The notes: a model not told the origin generated them from the sequence alone. Numbered from the stretch's first letter, positions 22,182-35,559 are shown. The stretch: 64,000 nucleotides of DNA from an uncultured Alphaproteobacteria bacterium (GCA_963794665.1 CAWCEW010000015.1:82618-146617), one strand, 5' to 3'. Translations and numbers: made by a program.

Positions 22182-23345
22182 GTGGTGAATAGTGGAGCGA
22201 ACCAGGTGAATTCCAATTTGCCGCCGGGAGGAAGTGGCAATGGCTTGTCGGCTGCAAAGCCGGCAGTGCCGCGCAGCCCGCGTGCCGCGCTCGAGCCGGA
22301 ACGTGTGCCAATGCCGAGCCGCCGCTCCAGTCGCGCGCGTCACCCGGTCATTGTGGTCGGGAATGCAATCTTTACAGTTTTGATCGTGATTTCGGTTGCG
22401 GTTGGCGCGGCGCTGTTTTTCGGAAAGCAACGCTTCGATGCCGCAGGGCCGCTCGCCGACGAAAAGGTCGTCAATATTCCGCGCGGGCTGGGAATCCGCG
22501 ATATCGCCGACGTACTGCAGCGCGAAGGAGTGATCGACCAGCCTTACATTTTCATGGGTGGAGTTATCGCCCTTAAGGCGCGCGGTGAGCTCAAATACGG
22601 CGAATATCAATTCAGTAAACATGCGAGCGTGGCCGACGTAGTCGACACGATCATTGAAGGCAAAGTGGTGCAGCACGCCTTCACTGTCCCCGAAGGGTTG
22701 ACAACCGAGCAGATTGTCGCGCGGCTTCTCGAGAGCACGGCGCTCACAGGGCAAATTAAAGAGATTCCACGCGAGGGGACGCTGTTGCCTGAAACGTACC
22801 GTTTCACGAGGGGAATGACGCGAGAGCAAATTATCCAACGTATGCAGCAAGCGCATCGGCGTGTGTTGCAAGACGTCTGGGAGCACCGGATGCCGGACCT
22901 GCCAGTCAAGACACCGGAGCAGCTGGTGACGCTTGCGTCGATTGTGGAAAAGGAGACCGGGCGACCTGACGAGCGAACACGAGTGGCTGCAGTGTTTGTG
23001 AATCGCCTCAAAACCAAAATGCGACTGCAGTCGGATCCGACGATCATATATGGTTTGACGGGCGGCAAGGGCTCGCTCGGCCGCCCAATTCAGAAGAACG
23101 AAATCGAGCAACCAACGCCGTACAATACGTATGTCATCGACGGTCTGCCGCCGGGACCGATTGCCAATCCGGGACGAGCCTCACTGGAAGCTGCGGCGAA
23201 TCCGGCGCGCACCAAGGAGATCTATTTCGTTGCCGACGGTAGCGGCGGTCACTTGTTCTCGGACAATTACACCGAACACCAGAAGAACGTTGCGCGGTTG
23301 CGAGGCTTAGAGCATTCCAACGGCAACCAGAATGGCCGGCAATGA
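22182..23345 (+). CDS. mltG: Endolytic transglycosylase MltG
   Basis: Single TM, TVPEG, LASIVEKE, LQSDPT, PYNTY..GLPPGPI. Exact start uncertain. Confidence 0.95.
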   Translation: MVNSGANQVNSNLPPGGSGNGLSAAKPAVPRSPRAALEPERVPMPSRRSSRARHPVIVVGNAIFTVLIVISVAVGAALFFGKQRFDAAGPLADEKVVNIPRGLGIRDIADVLQREGVIDQPYIFMGGVIALKARGELKYGEYQFSKHASVADVVDTIIEGKVVQHAFTVPEGLTTEQIVARLLESTALTGQIKEIPREGTLLPETYRFTRGMTREQIIQRMQQAHRRVLQDVWEHRMPDLPVKTPEQLVTLASIVEKETGRPDERTRVAAVFVNRLKTKMRLQSDPTIIYGLTGGKGSLGRPIQKNEIEQPTPYNTYVIDGLPPGPIANPGRASLEAAANPARTKEIYFVADGSGGHLFSDNYTEHQKNVARLRGLEHSNGNQNGRQ

Positions 23346-23427
23346 ACGGCTCGCCCTTGTGACGCGTGGTTCGCGCGGCTAAGGTCGTAACACTTTCGAG
23401 AAAGTATCAACGCGAGACCCTGAAGCC

Positions 23428-24316
23428 ATGGCTCTGTCGAGCATGACCGGTTTTGCTCGAAGCCATGGCGTAGCCGGCGCTTACGCGTGGGCGTGGGAGA
23501 TCAAATCTGTAAACGCCAAAGGCCTGGACCTGCGGTTTCGTCTTCCGGCTGGTTGGGATGCAGTGGAAGTGCCATCGCGCGCCCGAGGCACGGAAAAACT
23601 CTCGCGGGGCACGGTCTATGCCAACCTCACCGTTGAGCGCAAAGGCACGCAACCGACTGTGAAGGTGAATGAGCCCGTCCTCGGTGCAGTCCTTTCGGCG
23701 CTCAAGGGCCTTTCGGGAAAAGTGCAAGCAGCACCGCCAACTCTCGACGGCATCCTGTCGCTCAAGGGTGTGATTGAAGTTACCGAAGAGGACGAGAGCG
23801 AGGAGGGCCATCGCGCCGCCGAGACGGCAATCATCTCCGGCTTCGAAGAAGCATTGGCGGCATTGCTCCACATGCGGCAGGCAGAAGGTAAAACTCTGGG
23901 AGGGCTGCTATCGAGGCGGCTCGACGAAATCGCAGCTGCTCTCCGCACGAGCGGAGAGCGCCCCGGGACGCAAGCCGGAAGCAATCAAGGCGCGTCTTGC
24001 CGAACAAGTGTCAGCGTTGCTCCAGGCTTCCGAGCGTTTTGATTCGGATCGGCTCTACCAGGAGGCCGTCCTGCTTGCTGCCAAAGCCGATATTCGCGAA
24101 GAGCTCGACCGTCTTGTTTCGCATGTCGCGCAGGCGAAGAAGCTCTTGGCGGACGGTGGCGCGATCGGCCGCAAGCTCGACTTTCTGGCGCAGGAATTGC
24201 ACCGCGAATCAAATACGCTGACCGCCAAGGCCAATGATCTCGAACTCACGAACATCGGTCTTGAACTTAAAGGCGTAGTCGAGCAGTTCCGCGAGCAGGT
24301 GCAGAACTTGGAGTGA
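23428..24316 (+). CDS. yicC: YicC/YloC family endoribonuclease (frameshift near 23940)
   Basis: [46 protein letters not shown]. Confidence 0.95.
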
Positions 24317-24323
24317 TCCTGAG

Positions 24324-24978
24324 ATGGCTAAGAAGCGCTCGGAGACGACAATGATCGCGCGGCGCGGGCTGATGTTGGTGTTATCTTCGCCATCGGGTGC
24401 TGGGAAAACGACGCTATCGCGTCGGCTTCTGGAGTCGGATCACAATGTAATGCTTTCGATATCGGTCACGACACGCAAGCGTCGGCCGAGTGAAATGGAA
24501 GGGCGGGATTACGCTTTTATCGATCGTCGACGATTTCGATGAGCTTGTGGAAAAGGATGAACTGCTGGAATCGGCTGAAATATTCGACAACTATTACGGC
24601 ACGCCGAAGAGGCCCGTAATGGATGCGTTGTCTGCTGGACGTGACGTGCTGTTCGATATCGATTGGCAGGGCACCAAACAACTCAGCAAGACAGCGCCCA
24701 GAGACTTAGTGACCGTCTTCGTTTTGCCGCCTTCAATCCCGGAGCTTGAACGCCGTTTACGTACAAGAGCCCAGGACGATTACGAGACGATTCACCGCCG
24801 CATGGCGAAAGCCGCCGATGAGATGAGTCACTGGAACGAGTACGATTACGTCGTCATAAACCGCGACTTCGATCAGGCTTTCGCGGAGGTGACCGCGATT
24901 CTGACCGCCGAGCGCCTTAAGCGCGAGCGCCAGTCTGGTCTCTCGGACTTCGTGCGCGGCTTGCAGGCAAAGATCTAA
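24324..24978 (+). CDS. gmk: Guanylate kinase (frameshift near 24530)
   Basis: [32 protein letters not shown]. Confidence 0.97.
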
Positions 24979-26025
24979 GCCGTCAGGACGACGCGGCCGA
25001 CGATTTTTCCGGCGCGGAGGTCGTCCAGGGTGGCAGAGGCCTGCGCGAGCGGCCGCTCCGCAATTGGGCGGCGGCTTGATGTCTTTGGAGCGCACGAGCT
25101 CGATCAATTCCCGCGCTTCGGCCAGCGTGCCGGTTGTAGTCCCTTCGATCGTCATCGCTTTTAGCGGAAACATGGCCACGGCCGTCGAATAGGCGCCGCC
25201 AATCAACCCGGTGACGATGACTTTTCCGCCCTTGGCCAGCACGCCGGTTGCAAAATTCAGCGATGCGTCCGACCCGGCAAAGTCGCACGCGGCATAGATG
25301 CCGCCGCTTGCCTTGAGCAGGGTCTTGCGGGCGTTCGGGTCCGATGGATCGAAAGCTTGAGCCGCACCTGCAGCCAGCGCGGCATCGCGCTTTTTGCCGT
25401 CGATATCGGCAACGAAGGGCGCCGTGCCATACATTGCGCGGGCCAGGGCAAGGCCCATCAGGCCAACTCCGCCCAGTCCAACCAGCAAGAGTGGCGCGCG
25501 TTGCGCACGGTCGGCGAGCCGCTTGAGCGCGGCATAGGCGGTGAGTCCCGAGCACATCAAGGCGCCGGCGAAGCCGGGCGTCAATGGCGCGTAATCAATC
25601 AGGTAGCGGGAGTGTGGCACGAGTACGTGCGTGGCAAAGCCGCCATCAACCGTGACGCCGAGATGACGCGGCGCGGTGCAGATGTTCTCATCACCCACAC
25701 CGCACGCCGCGCAACGCCCACAACCGATCCACGGATAGACCGCGACCTTGGCGCCGGGCTTTACGTCTGCATCGGGGCCCGTGCTTTCAACCAGCCCCGC
25801 GATCTCGTGACCAAGTGTGAAGGGCAGAGTGCGCCCCGCCTGTACGTCGAGTTTCTTGCCGTCGCCGAGCAGAAAGTATCCATCCTGCATGTGCAGATCG
25901 GAATGACAGACCCCACAACGCTCGATCCGCACAAGGACTTCGGCGCCTTGTGGCCGTGGTGCTTCGACGATGGTCTCGCACAGAGGGGCACCGTAGGCGC
26001 TTAACGATTGGCGATGCATTTGCAT
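24975..26025 (-). CDS. Zinc-dependent alcohol dehydrogenase (frameshift near C-terminus)
   Basis: GVCHSD, GHEIAG, CGRCAAC..C, GLGGVG. Ends IVGRVVLTA*. Confidence 0.92.
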
Positions 26026-26034
26026 GCGCAGACC

Positions 26035-26892
26035 TTACATGCGGCCATGCGTCTGCCCAGCGAAAATATTTGCCATGGCGACGAAACCATCGACCGGGAT
26101 CTCTTCGGCCCGTGCGGTCGGATCTATTCCCGCTTGCTCCAGCAGGGAGTTCGCATCGACACCTAACGTCTTCAAGCTTTGCCGCAACATCTTCCGCCGC
26201 TGGCCGAAGGCCGCTTCGGTCACCCGCTGCAGCGCAACCGCATCGCATTGCGCCGGCACTGGTCTTGGCGTCAACCGTACCACCGACGAGGTGACCTTCG
26301 GCGGAGGCACAAAAGCCGATCGCGCCACGTCGAAAAGGATCTTTGCCTCGCTGCGCCATCCCGCAAGCACCGACAGCCGGCTGTAGGATTTGCTGCCTGG
26401 CTTGGCGACAATTCGTTCTGCAACTTCGCGCTGGAACATCAGGACAAGAGAATCGTACCACGGCGGCCATGGCTCTGCGGTGAGCCATCCGACAAGAAGA
26501 GGTGTTGCAATATTGTAGGGAAGGTTTGCAACGACCCGAGCACGTTCGGGACCAAGCTGCTCGCGCGGATCGATCTCGAGCGCATCGCCCGCAACGATAT
26601 CGAGGCGCCCGGGATACCGTGCGGCGATCTCTGCAAGCGCATCGATTGCACGCGGGTCTCGCTCGATTGCAATAACGCGCCGTGCTCCAAACGCCAAAAG
26701 TGCGCGCGTGAGGCCGCCCGGGCCAGGGCCGATTTCGACCACCGTGATGTTTTCAAGCGGCTCGGCAGCGCGAGCGATACGGGCGGTCAGGTTGAGGTCG
26801 AACAGGAAGTTTTGACCGAGGGATTTTTTCGGCGTCAGGCCATGCTTGCGGATGACCTCCCGCAGCGGAGGCAGGTCATCGAGTTGTGCCAT
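26035..26892 (-). CDS. rsmA: 16S rRNA dimethyladenosine transferase RsmA/KsgA
   Basis: [29 protein letters not shown]. Confidence 0.98.
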   Translation of the reverse strand: MAQLDDLPPLREVIRKHGLTPKKSLGQNFLFDLNLTARIARAAEPLENITVVEIGPGPGGLTRALLAFGARRVIAIERDPRAIDALAEIAARYPGRLDIVAGDALEIDPREQLGPERARVVANLPYNIATPLLVGWLTAEPWPPWYDSLVLMFQREVAERIVAKPGSKSYSRLSVLAGWRSEAKILFDVARSAFVPPPKVTSSVVRLTPRPVPAQCDAVALQRVTEAAFGQRRKMLRQSLKTLGVDANSLLEQAGIDPTARAEEIPVDGFVAMANIFAGQTHGRM

Positions 26893-27926
26893 TATTTAGC
26901 CGGAACCAGGGCCGGCGCGGTCGCCGAAAGGCGTGCGGCAAGCGATATCGCGGCGACCAGGCTGGAAGGGTCAGCGGTGCCTTTGCCTGCAATGTCGAAG
27001 GCCGTGCCGTGGTCGGGAGACGTGCGCACGAACGGCAAGCCGAGCGTAACGTTGACGGCATGATCGAATGCCAGCGTCTTGATGGGGATCAGCGCCTGGT
27101 CGTGATACATGCATAGAGCAACGTCGTAGGTCGCGCGCGCCCGTTCGTGAAAGAGCGTGTCGGCGGGAAGAGGGCCAACAGCATCGATCCCTTCGGCGCG
27201 CAGACGTTCGACGGCCGGCGCGACAATTGCAGCATCTTCCTCACCAAGTGCGCCATCTTCGCCGGCATGCGGGTTAAGTCCGGCGACGGCGAGACGCGGG
27301 CGCAGAATGCCGAAACGCTTGGTAAGATCGTGCGCGGTGATGCGTCCGGTCTCGACCACCAGCTCGAAGGTCAGTCTTGAAACGACATCCTTGAGCGGCA
27401 AGTGGATCGTCACCGGCACGACGGCAAGCTCCGGCGACCAAAGCATCATCACCGGGCGGCTGGCTTTTCCGGTCGCTTCCTCTACCAGTTTGGCAAGAAA
27501 CTCCGTATGCCCCGGCTCGGCGAAACCCGATCGATAAAGCACGTTCTTTGCGACCGGATTGGTGACGATCCCCGCCGCCTGACCCGCGAGCACGTCGGAG
27601 ACCGCCCGCCGGATAGAAGCGATAGCGGCGGGCGCGCTCGATTCGTCCGGTTTTCCAGGCGCGGCCGTCACAGGCATTTGAAGCGGTACGATTGGCAAAG
27701 CGCGGGGAAATATTTCCGCCGCTTGTGCCGGAGTTACGATGCTCAATGCGATCTCGGATCCGAGCTGGCGCGCACGATCGCGGACAAAGTCCGGATCCCC
27801 CACAAGATAAAAAGGCGGCAGCCGGAGTTCTTCACGGCGTCGCCAAATCCTGATTGTCAATTCAGGGCCGATGCCTGCCGGCTCGCCCAGCGTCAGCGCC
27901 AGTGGAAGGCCGCCCGGTTCGCTCAT
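26892..27926 (-). CDS. pdxA: 4-hydroxythreonine-4-phosphate dehydrogenase
   Basis: [43 protein letters not shown]. Confidence 0.97.
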   Translation of the reverse strand: MSEPGGLPLALTLGEPAGIGPELTIRIWRRREELRLPPFYLVGDPDFVRDRARQLGSEIALSIVTPAQAAEIFPRALPIVPLQMPVTAAPGKPDESSAPAAIASIRRAVSDVLAGQAAGIVTNPVAKNVLYRSGFAEPGHTEFLAKLVEEATGKASRPVMMLWSPELAVVPVTIHLPLKDVVSRLTFELVVETGRITAHDLTKRFGILRPRLAVAGLNPHAGEDGALGEEDAAIVAPAVERLRAEGIDAVGPLPADTLFHERARATYDVALCMYHDQALIPIKTLAFDHAVNVTLGLPFVRTSPDHGTAFDIAGKGTADPSSLVAAISLAARLSATAPALVPAK

Positions 27927-28856
27927 TTCTTGTTCTTGTATTCGATCATCGCCGACTTGCGAATTTCTTCGAGAAATTTTTTCGAATTCTGATTCAAAGC
28001 GCTTAGTATAAAGCTGCTCCCGCACCTCGCGCCGCAGCGGAGATTCGGCTGTCGTTTCCTTCTTGCTGCAGACAGCAAACATCTGCAGTCCCTGCGCGGT
28101 CACTTCTGGAGCGGTCAGATGCCCCACTTCGATGCTTCCCAGAATTTCGCGCAGCTGTGGGGCTCAGGTCCGCCGAACTGCGCGTAATCGGCTCCCGGAC
28201 GGCCACATCCCGCAGGGCGCGAGCCATGGCCAGACCTTCGTTGCAAGACGCGAATCGGACGCGGAGATTGTCCGCAATGCCGCGCTTGGCTGAAATTGTG
28301 GCTTCACTTGAGCCCCGCGGAACCACGATGGTCACTGGATAGAGTGTGTAGACGTAGCCGACGGCTGGACGCTTCGTTTTCGTTTCGGTCCTTCAGTGCA
28401 TTGGCGATATCGCTCTCGCCGATCTGCAATGACGAGCCGAACTTGCCGCGGACCAGTTGCTGCCAGGTCAATTCGGCGCGGATGCGCGCCTTGACCGTGT
28501 TCGGAGAAATGCCGGCGCGTTCAAGAACCTGAGAGAATTGTTGAACAGTGATGTGCTGTCGCGTCGCCATGCCTTCGAAGGCGCCGTTCACCTCAGCGTC
28601 GGTGACTTCGAGACCATAAACTTTCGCTTTTGAAATTTTGAGGCGGTCGTCAATCAGATCATCAATAATCTGTTCGACGCGTCGCGGTTTTGTGCGTGGC
28701 GCTTCCCTCGAGTTTCATGCGCTGTTGAATGTCGTATTCGGTTATGGGGGAACCGTTGGCTATGACGACAACCTGGGCCGCTGCGGGGCAAGCAAGGACA
28801 ATGGCGATCATTGCGCCCGCGAACCACTGATATCGCTTCATCGACACGTTCAGCAT
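27923..28856 (-). CDS. surA: SurA-like periplasmic chaperone (several frameshifts)
   Basis: Signal peptide, ANGSPITEYDIQQR, KARIRAELTWQQLVR, C-terminal MIEYK. Lies between lptD and pdxA. Confidence 0.85.
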
Positions 28857-28892
28857 CGAGATGTACTGGCTCCGAGCTCCAGCGCGAGTATC

Positions 28893-31375
28893 TTAATTTG
28901 ACGCCGGCCGACCGACCGGCTGGCCAACGGACGTGCCACCTAGCGTGCGCAGACTGAGTTGCAGCATGACCGTGTGATTGGCCTGCACGTTTCCGCTATA
29001 GGTGTAGTTGGTAATGTAGTTCAGGCCCAGGATCAGGCAATCATCTACATAGCCCACTCCAACGCGCGTTTGATCGAATTTCCCGGCATTAATGTCGTAG
29101 CGCGCCGATCCCAACTAAAACCCAGTTGGCATCAAGCTTGACCTGGCCTGTTCCCAGGATGCCCTGCCGGCGATCGAGAAATCCAAGCTCGGGTTGGGCG
29201 GCGTAATTTCCATACAGCAAAGCTCCTGACCATCGATCGAAATTGACCCGGCCCTCCAGTTCGGTTCGCTGGACCTCGAAAGTATCGTTGTTAAAACGGA
29301 ACCGTGAGGTGAACATGTAAGTGCTGTTCGGCTGATAAGACACCCGCGCCACGTAGTCCGATCTCGTCGTATCCAGGCCGCTGTCGAGACCCGTGTTGGT
29401 CGTGCCGCCCAGCGCGAACGAATTTTGCCCGAACAGATTGTACGACTGTCCGAAGAGCACGTTGACAAATCCACCTTGATTGATTTGAGCGGTGTACTGC
29501 ATGCCGTAGTTTGCGCGGCTACCGCCTTCGACGCGATCCCAGCCGGAAAACTTGTCGACGCGGAACAGGTTGCTGTCGTCAAATACCAGGCTTTGCGCAT
29601 CCTCGGTCGGCCATCGACCAATCTGCTGCTCGTTCGGACGAATGATCACTTGCGCGATCGGTTCGATCGTTTGCGTGCCCCATGACTGTATATTGATGAA
29701 CGGATACCGATACTCAACTCCAACGGTCGGCATCGCGCGCACGAGATTGTCGTCGCCGGTCTCAATGTAGTTGGCGACGCCCGGTTGATTCTTGATCTGC
29801 ATGGATCCCGCATCGACCCTTACTGAGGCAAATGGCGTAAACACCTGGCCAAACTGGTCGGTAATCCTGCGTCGCCATTGTGTCTCGGCCGAGAAGCGGG
29901 TGTAGGTGCCGGGAACGCCGCGCAGCAAACAGTTCGCCGACGTTTTGATCGCGGGGTCCGCAGTCTGCGTGCAAGTCCCGTTGTTCAGGGCGCTCTGAGT
30001 TATCGCATCGAAGTTGGCATCCTGGCGCGTGAGGCTGGTGAAATTCAAACGATAGCCCAGTTCGCCGCCAAGGATCGGACGATCAAACGTATAATTATAG
30101 TCGATCACCGGGTGAATGATTGGAATTTGGCTTTGCACGTCGGCCTCGGAGAAGCCGTAGTAATAAATGGATCGCGCTTCAAAATAGCTGCGGTTACCCT
30201 TGCCGGTGAGGAACGCCTGCGAGATCGCTTCGCTATACGGATTCTGGAACTGGATCAGTTAGTGTCCGGTATCTCGACAGGCGCGGGTTGTAGTCCTGAA
30301 AGAACGTTTTGTCGGACAGCAGCACTCCGTCCCAGCCCCATACCCATTTATTGTTGAGCGCGAACAAGCCCGAGCTTTCCAGGCTTCCGCGAAAATCGCG
30401 ATAGCCGGGCGTCGTGCTGCCGTCGCTGCGAATAAAGTAATCCTTGTCGAGCTGGTAAATTCCTGCCGCACGAATTGAATAGGCGCCGTTTATCAAACGC
30501 TGGCGAAATTCGCCTTGGAGCAACGGTCCTTGCTTCGTCGTGATCATTGGCGCGAACGTAGCGTCGTAGTCTGGTGCCAACGCCCAGTAGTAGGGGACTT
30601 CAATCGCTCCGCCATAAACAGAACTTGACGAAATCGACGGCATGAGAAAGCCGGTCTTGCGCTTGACCGTCGGATCCGGTGCCGAGAAGTAAGGCAGCCA
30701 CGCGAGCGGCCGACCAAAAAACTCGATCCGCGCGTCTTCGAAGTACATCATTTTTTCGGTCTGATCGTGAATGATACGCGCAGCCTTGACCTGCCATAAA
30801 GGCGGCTTCTTCGGATCGTCCTTGCACGGCGCGCAGGCCGTATAGACGCCGTTATGGAACACGGTGAAATTGCCGCTGGAACGTTCAGCGCGCGTGGCGG
30901 CCATGCGCGTCTGGTCGGGAGCGTCTAGGCGCAGCGAGTCGACAAATCCGTCGCGGTAGTCGTCCGACAGATCCATGATCTCGCCGTAGGTGACTTTGCC
31001 ATCCTCCTCGGTGAGCCTGACATTGCCTTCGGCGTGAAGCCGTTTGGTCTTCTGATCGTAGACGACCCGGTTCGCTTCGAGAGTCGATCCGCCATAATAG
31101 ATCTGCACATTGCCAACGGCGGCTACGCGGTTGTTCGTGTAGTCGTAGTCGACCTCGTTCGCCTTAACGAGCATCTGCTTTTGCCCGGATTTTTCCCGCT
31201 CCAGAGCAATCTTGGATTTTCTGGGCGGCGGCGGTCGCTGCGGAAATTGCAGCTCCTGCGCCGGCGCAGACGCAACCAGCCCGTCGAAGGCTAACAGGCC
31301 GAGGACGGCGGCAAGCATCGTCAGGCCACGGCAATACGGCCGCGGCCTTGATGGACGAGCGCTAAGCCCCGCCAT
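28893..31375 (-). CDS. lptD: LPS-assembly protein LptD (frameshifts near 30250 and 29110)
   Basis: YTACAPC..PPLW, RKTGFLMP, PYYWALAP, FSGWDRVEGG, YVDDC, LSLRTLG. Confidence 0.95.
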
Positions 31376-32472
31376 CACCCGTCCTCCTGGTACAACAACG
31401 CTACAAATCCCGTGACGCCGCCGACGAGCACGGGCAGCCAAGCTGCTGCTACAGGGTGCATCAACTCAGCCTTGCTCAAATCTTCAGTCACTTTCGACAA
31501 AACGTAAAGCAGAAACCCTGCGGCTATGCCACTTAAAACCATCTTCTGGATACCGCCGAAGCGGAAGAAGCGTAGACTTACAGCAGCTGCAAGAAGAACC
31601 ATTGCGGAAAGCAAAAATGGACGCGCCAAAAGTCTCTGAAACTGTAATTTATAGCCTGCCGCTACGAGCCCCGCGTGTTCAGCAATCTGGATATACACGG
31701 GAAGATCCCAGAACGGGACGGTTTCGGGAGTAGCAAAGCTTTCGCGGACTTGCTCGGGGGTCAGACTGGTCTTGAGCCGGTATTCGGGCTGGGTCGTCGG
31801 GAGGGTGCCGAGCCCAAAGAGGCGGACATCTCGCAAAACCCATGCGCCAGGGACCAGAACGGCAGCGCGCGCTTCAATCCGTTGTTTGAAACGGCCATCG
31901 ATGTCGAACACGAAAATCGACACGCCGTTGAGATTGATGCCTTGGTCGCGGCTGGCAACCGCGTTGATGATGGCCTGACCTTCGTCGGTGCGCTGATTCA
32001 TCCAGAACGTGCCGCCGCTCCGGCCGAGCGTGGAGGCAGACTGCCCGAAAAGTTCAGCCTCAAAGCGCTTCGAGCGCTCCTGCAAAGTGGCCGATATTGG
32101 ATTGTAAATGGTGGTGGCGATGAGACCGAAAACGAATGCGGCCACGACGGCTGGCATGACAAATTGCCATGCGGACATTCCAGCTGAACGGGCAACCACC
32201 AGTTCGAGCCGCCGAGACAAGTTGAGATAGCAAGACATGGCACCGATCAGCACGCAAAACGGCAGGATGCGTTCGACGACTTGCGGCACGCGATAGAACG
32301 AGGTTTTCGCGACCAGTGCGGCCGACACGTTTGGAATATCGCCGGCACGCCGCATCAGCTCGATGTAGTCGATCAGCGCGACCAGCGCGAAGATGCCGAC
32401 AAAGACCACCATCACTGCGTTGATAAATCGCAGCCCGAAGTACCGTGCAAGCGTTCCGACAATGATCGGCAT
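31375..32472 (-). CDS. lptG: LPS export ABC transporter permease LptG
   Basis: TLARY, ELVVARSAGMS, AAWLP. Second of the YjgP/YjgQ pair. Confidence 0.93.
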   Translation of the reverse strand: MPIIVGTLARYFGLRFINAVMVVFVGIFALVALIDYIELMRRAGDIPNVSAALVAKTSFYRVPQVVERILPFCVLIGAMSCYLNLSRRLELVVARSAGMSAWQFVMPAVVAAFVFGLIATTIYNPISATLQERSKRFEAELFGQSASTLGRSGGTFWMNQRTDEGQAIINAVASRDQGINLNGVSIFVFDIDGRFKQRIEARAAVLVPGAWVLRDVRLFGLGTLPTTQPEYRLKTSLTPEQVRESFATPETVPFWDLPVYIQIAEHAGLVAAGYKLQFQRLLARPFLLSAMVLLAAAVSLRFFRFGGIQKMVLSGIAAGFLLYVLSKVTEDLSKAELMHPVAAAWLPVLVGGVTGFVALLYQEDG

Positions 32473-32482
32473 AGCGGTCACA

Positions 32483-33643
32483 TCACGGCGTAACGAAGCG
32501 TCGGCCCAGGCGCTCGGTGAGCGCAGCGAGCCAATCGGAAATGAAGGTGGGGGGCTCAATGATCAGGCCGCGACGTATGACGTAAAGTCCGGCGCCAATC
32601 GCAGCGGCCAAGGTCAGATACTGCACCGCGAGCATCCAGGGCACAGCGGCGCCAAAGACCGTCGAGGCAAATCCGATCAGGCGCAGCAGTGCGACGCCAC
32701 CGATTGCACCAAGCATTGACAAAGTGCGGCTCTGGCGGGTCGTGCGGGGAGCGCCGAGGTAGGCATAGGCGATAACGACGAACGCGAGCGGATAAAGCGG
32801 TGCCATCAGCCGGTCGTGCAGTTCGGCTCTGAACTGGCCGGGCTGTTCAACGTAAAACTGGTCCTTCGGGTCAGGAAACAGCAGCTGCCAGAGATAACGC
32901 TCGCGGATCGAGTATTTGGCCGACTGCGCGCCGCCAGCGAATTGCGATAGATCGAAGGCGTAGCGATCGAAGACGACCATTGCGGGATCGCGCTGGCCGG
33001 TCTCTTGCCGCTGGACGATACCCTTTTGAAGGACCAGGTAGGTCCCGCTTTCGTTGTCCAGCAGTTCGCCAATTTCCGAAAGAACCGTAATGCGTTCGTT
33101 CGGATTGCGTCGATCGTCTAGAAATATTCCGGCCAGTTGGCCGTTCGGACGTCGCTCACGGATGTGAATGGTCACGCCGTTTTCGATCGTCGTAAAACGC
33201 CCCGGTTGAACGATGCTGCTCACGACATTGGCGCGAACTTCGGTCAGCCAATCGCGCAGCATGCGAAGGCCTTTTGGAGCGAAGTAGGCGCTGATCGCGC
33301 CGACGAGCAGCGACACCACCAGCGCGGCAGCCATGAACGCGCGGAACAAAACCCAAGGCGACATGCCTGCCGCGTTCATGACGATGATTTCTGAATCGTT
33401 GGACAACTTGTTGAGCACATGCGCGACCGCGATCAGCAACGCGATCGGCGCAATCACAAGGACCAGCAGGGGTATGATCAGGCCGGTGATCCCGACGAAG
33501 ACAAGGATCGTCTGCCCCTGGCTCGTCATGATGTCGATGTCGCGCAACGCCTGCGTTACCCAGATCACGGCGGTCAGGCTGACCAGCACGATCAGGAACG
33601 CACCCAGCGTGGTGCGCAAAATGTATTCGTTGATGGACCCCAT
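32483..33643 (-). CDS. lptF: LPS export ABC transporter permease LptF
   Basis: DSEIIVMNAAGMS, VQPGRF, AELHDRL. Divergent from pepA. Confidence 0.93.
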   Translation of the reverse strand: MGSINEYILRTTLGAFLIVLVSLTAVIWVTQALRDIDIMTSQGQTILVFVGITGLIIPLLVLVIAPIALLIAVAHVLNKLSNDSEIIVMNAAGMSPWVLFRAFMAAALVVSLLVGAISAYFAPKGLRMLRDWLTEVRANVVSSIVQPGRFTTIENGVTIHIRERRPNGQLAGIFLDDRRNPNERITVLSEIGELLDNESGTYLVLQKGIVQRQETGQRDPAMVVFDRYAFDLSQFAGGAQSAKYSIRERYLWQLLFPDPKDQFYVEQPGQFRAELHDRLMAPLYPLAFVVIAYAYLGAPRTTRQSRTLSMLGAIGGVALLRLIGFASTVFGAAVPWMLAVQYLTLAAAIGAGLYVIRRGLIIEPPTFISDWLAALTERLGRRFVTP

Positions 33644-34036
33644 CCGCAGCATCGTCCCCTGATCCGGCATAAACCGGACCCCGCGCTTGGTTTCCCCCAC
33701 CAGGCGCCACGTCCTTCCAGCTTAAAACTCAACCCCCGTCAGACTTACTTTGATCGCCTGACAAAATGGCCGGGCAAAGGCAAAGCCGTTGAACATGCAC
33801 AACAAAATGTAAAAGCCGCAGTTGCCGTGGGGCACGGTTCGACCCACTCGGCCATTGGCCGACTGGGTATTGAACTACCGGAATTTTTGGATGATTTCGT
33901 CAGCGAATTGGACCACGCCCATGAGGAAAGCGCTGGAATCCGGCCAATTGGGCTTTGCAGGGGCCATGCCGGGGCGCCATATGGACCAACGCATCCCGCC
34001 CGAAACGCGCTCCTGCCAGCAAAGGACCCTTTTTCG

Positions 34037-35541
34037 ATGCCCAACGCTTTGAAGCTCGGTTTTGGCCCCTTTACCGCCCCCTGCAAGGGGCGTGTTCGTC
34101 GTGTTTTGCGACGAGGGCCTGAAATTCGGTCCGGCGACACGCAGGGCTCTCGGAGGGGTGACCGATATCGTCGCGCGCGCCGCGAGGTCAGAACGGTTTA
34201 CAGGGAAAAAAAGCTCAACCCTGGATCTTGTTATGCCGGCCGGGCTCAAGGCGGCCCGACTTGGTCGTGATTGGCGTAGGAAAGGTCGCTGAGCTCACGC
34301 CAAAGGACTTTCTCCGGCTCGGAGGCCTTGCGATCGGCAGGCTGCCGAATTCGACCGCCGACGCCAGTATCTTCGCCGAACTGCCGGGCGGTGCGATGCG
34401 GCCGGAGCAGGCGGCGGATCTGGCGCAAGGGGCGCGCCTGCGCGCATACGCATTCGATCGCTACAAGACCAAGCGCAAGGAAGATGAAAAGCCGCCCGCT
34501 GTTCGGAATGTGACCATCGCGGTCGGCGATATTGCCGCCGTGCGCAAAGCCGATGCCCCGCGCGTGGCGATTTCCGATGGCGTTCTGCTGGCCCGAGACC
34601 TGGTCAACGAACCGGCCAATGTCCTTTATCCGGAAGAATTCGCACGCCGCGTAGGGGCCTTGAAAAAACTTCGCGTCGCCGTCGAAGTTCTTGACGTCAA
34701 GGCGATGAAAAAACTCGGCATGAACGCTCTTCTCGGCGTCGGTCAGGGTTCGACACGCGAGAGCCGCGTCGTGGTGATGCGTTGGAATGGCGGAAGAGCG
34801 GGGGAGGCTCCAGTTGCGTTCATCGGCAAAGGCGTCTGCTTCGACACCGGCGGTATTTCGATCAAGCCCGCCTCGAGCATGGAGGACATGAAAGGCGACA
34901 TGGCGGGCGCCGCCTGCGTCGTCGGACTGATGCATGCGCTTGCCGCACGCAAGGCGCGGGTGAATGCCGTTGGACTCATTGGCCTAGTCGAGAATATGCC
35001 GGATGGCAATGCGCAGCGTCCCGGTGACATCGTCAAATCGATGTCGGGACAGACGATCGAGATCATCAATACGGATGCGGAGGGCCGGCTCGTTCTTGCG
35101 GACGTGATTTGGTACGCGGCGCAGCGTTTCAAGCCGAAATTCATGGTGGATCTGGCAACCCTAACGGGTGCGATCATCGTCGCACTCGGACAGGAATATG
35201 CCGGCATGTTTTCGAACAACGATCAGCTTGCTGAGCGCTTGACGAAAGCAGGAAATGAGACAGGAGAGTTGGTCTGGCGGATGCCGCTTGCGCCTGAATA
35301 CGACAAGATGATCGACTCTAAATTCGCCGACATGAAGAATACCGGCGGAAGCCGCTGGGGTGGCGCCATCACGGCCGCCCAATTCATCAAGCGTTTCGTT
35401 GACGACAAGATTCCCTGGGCCCACCTAGATATTGCTGGAACAGGATTTGACTCGCGTCAGACGGACATCAACAAAAGTTGGGGTTCCGGTTGGGGGGTGC
35501 GACTTCTCGACCGACTCGTTGCGGATCATTACGAAAAGTAA
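34037..35541 (+). CDS. pepA: Leucyl aminopeptidase (frameshifts near 34080 and 34260)
   Basis: [39 protein letters not shown]. Confidence 0.97.
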
Positions 35542-35559
35542 CTGGCGGAGACGCCCTCT

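Noticed and set aside
26892-28127. Apparent SurA-PdxA fusion
   Set aside because: A frameshift near 27980 joins them. surA ends at MIEYKNKK*, overlapping the pdxA ATG.
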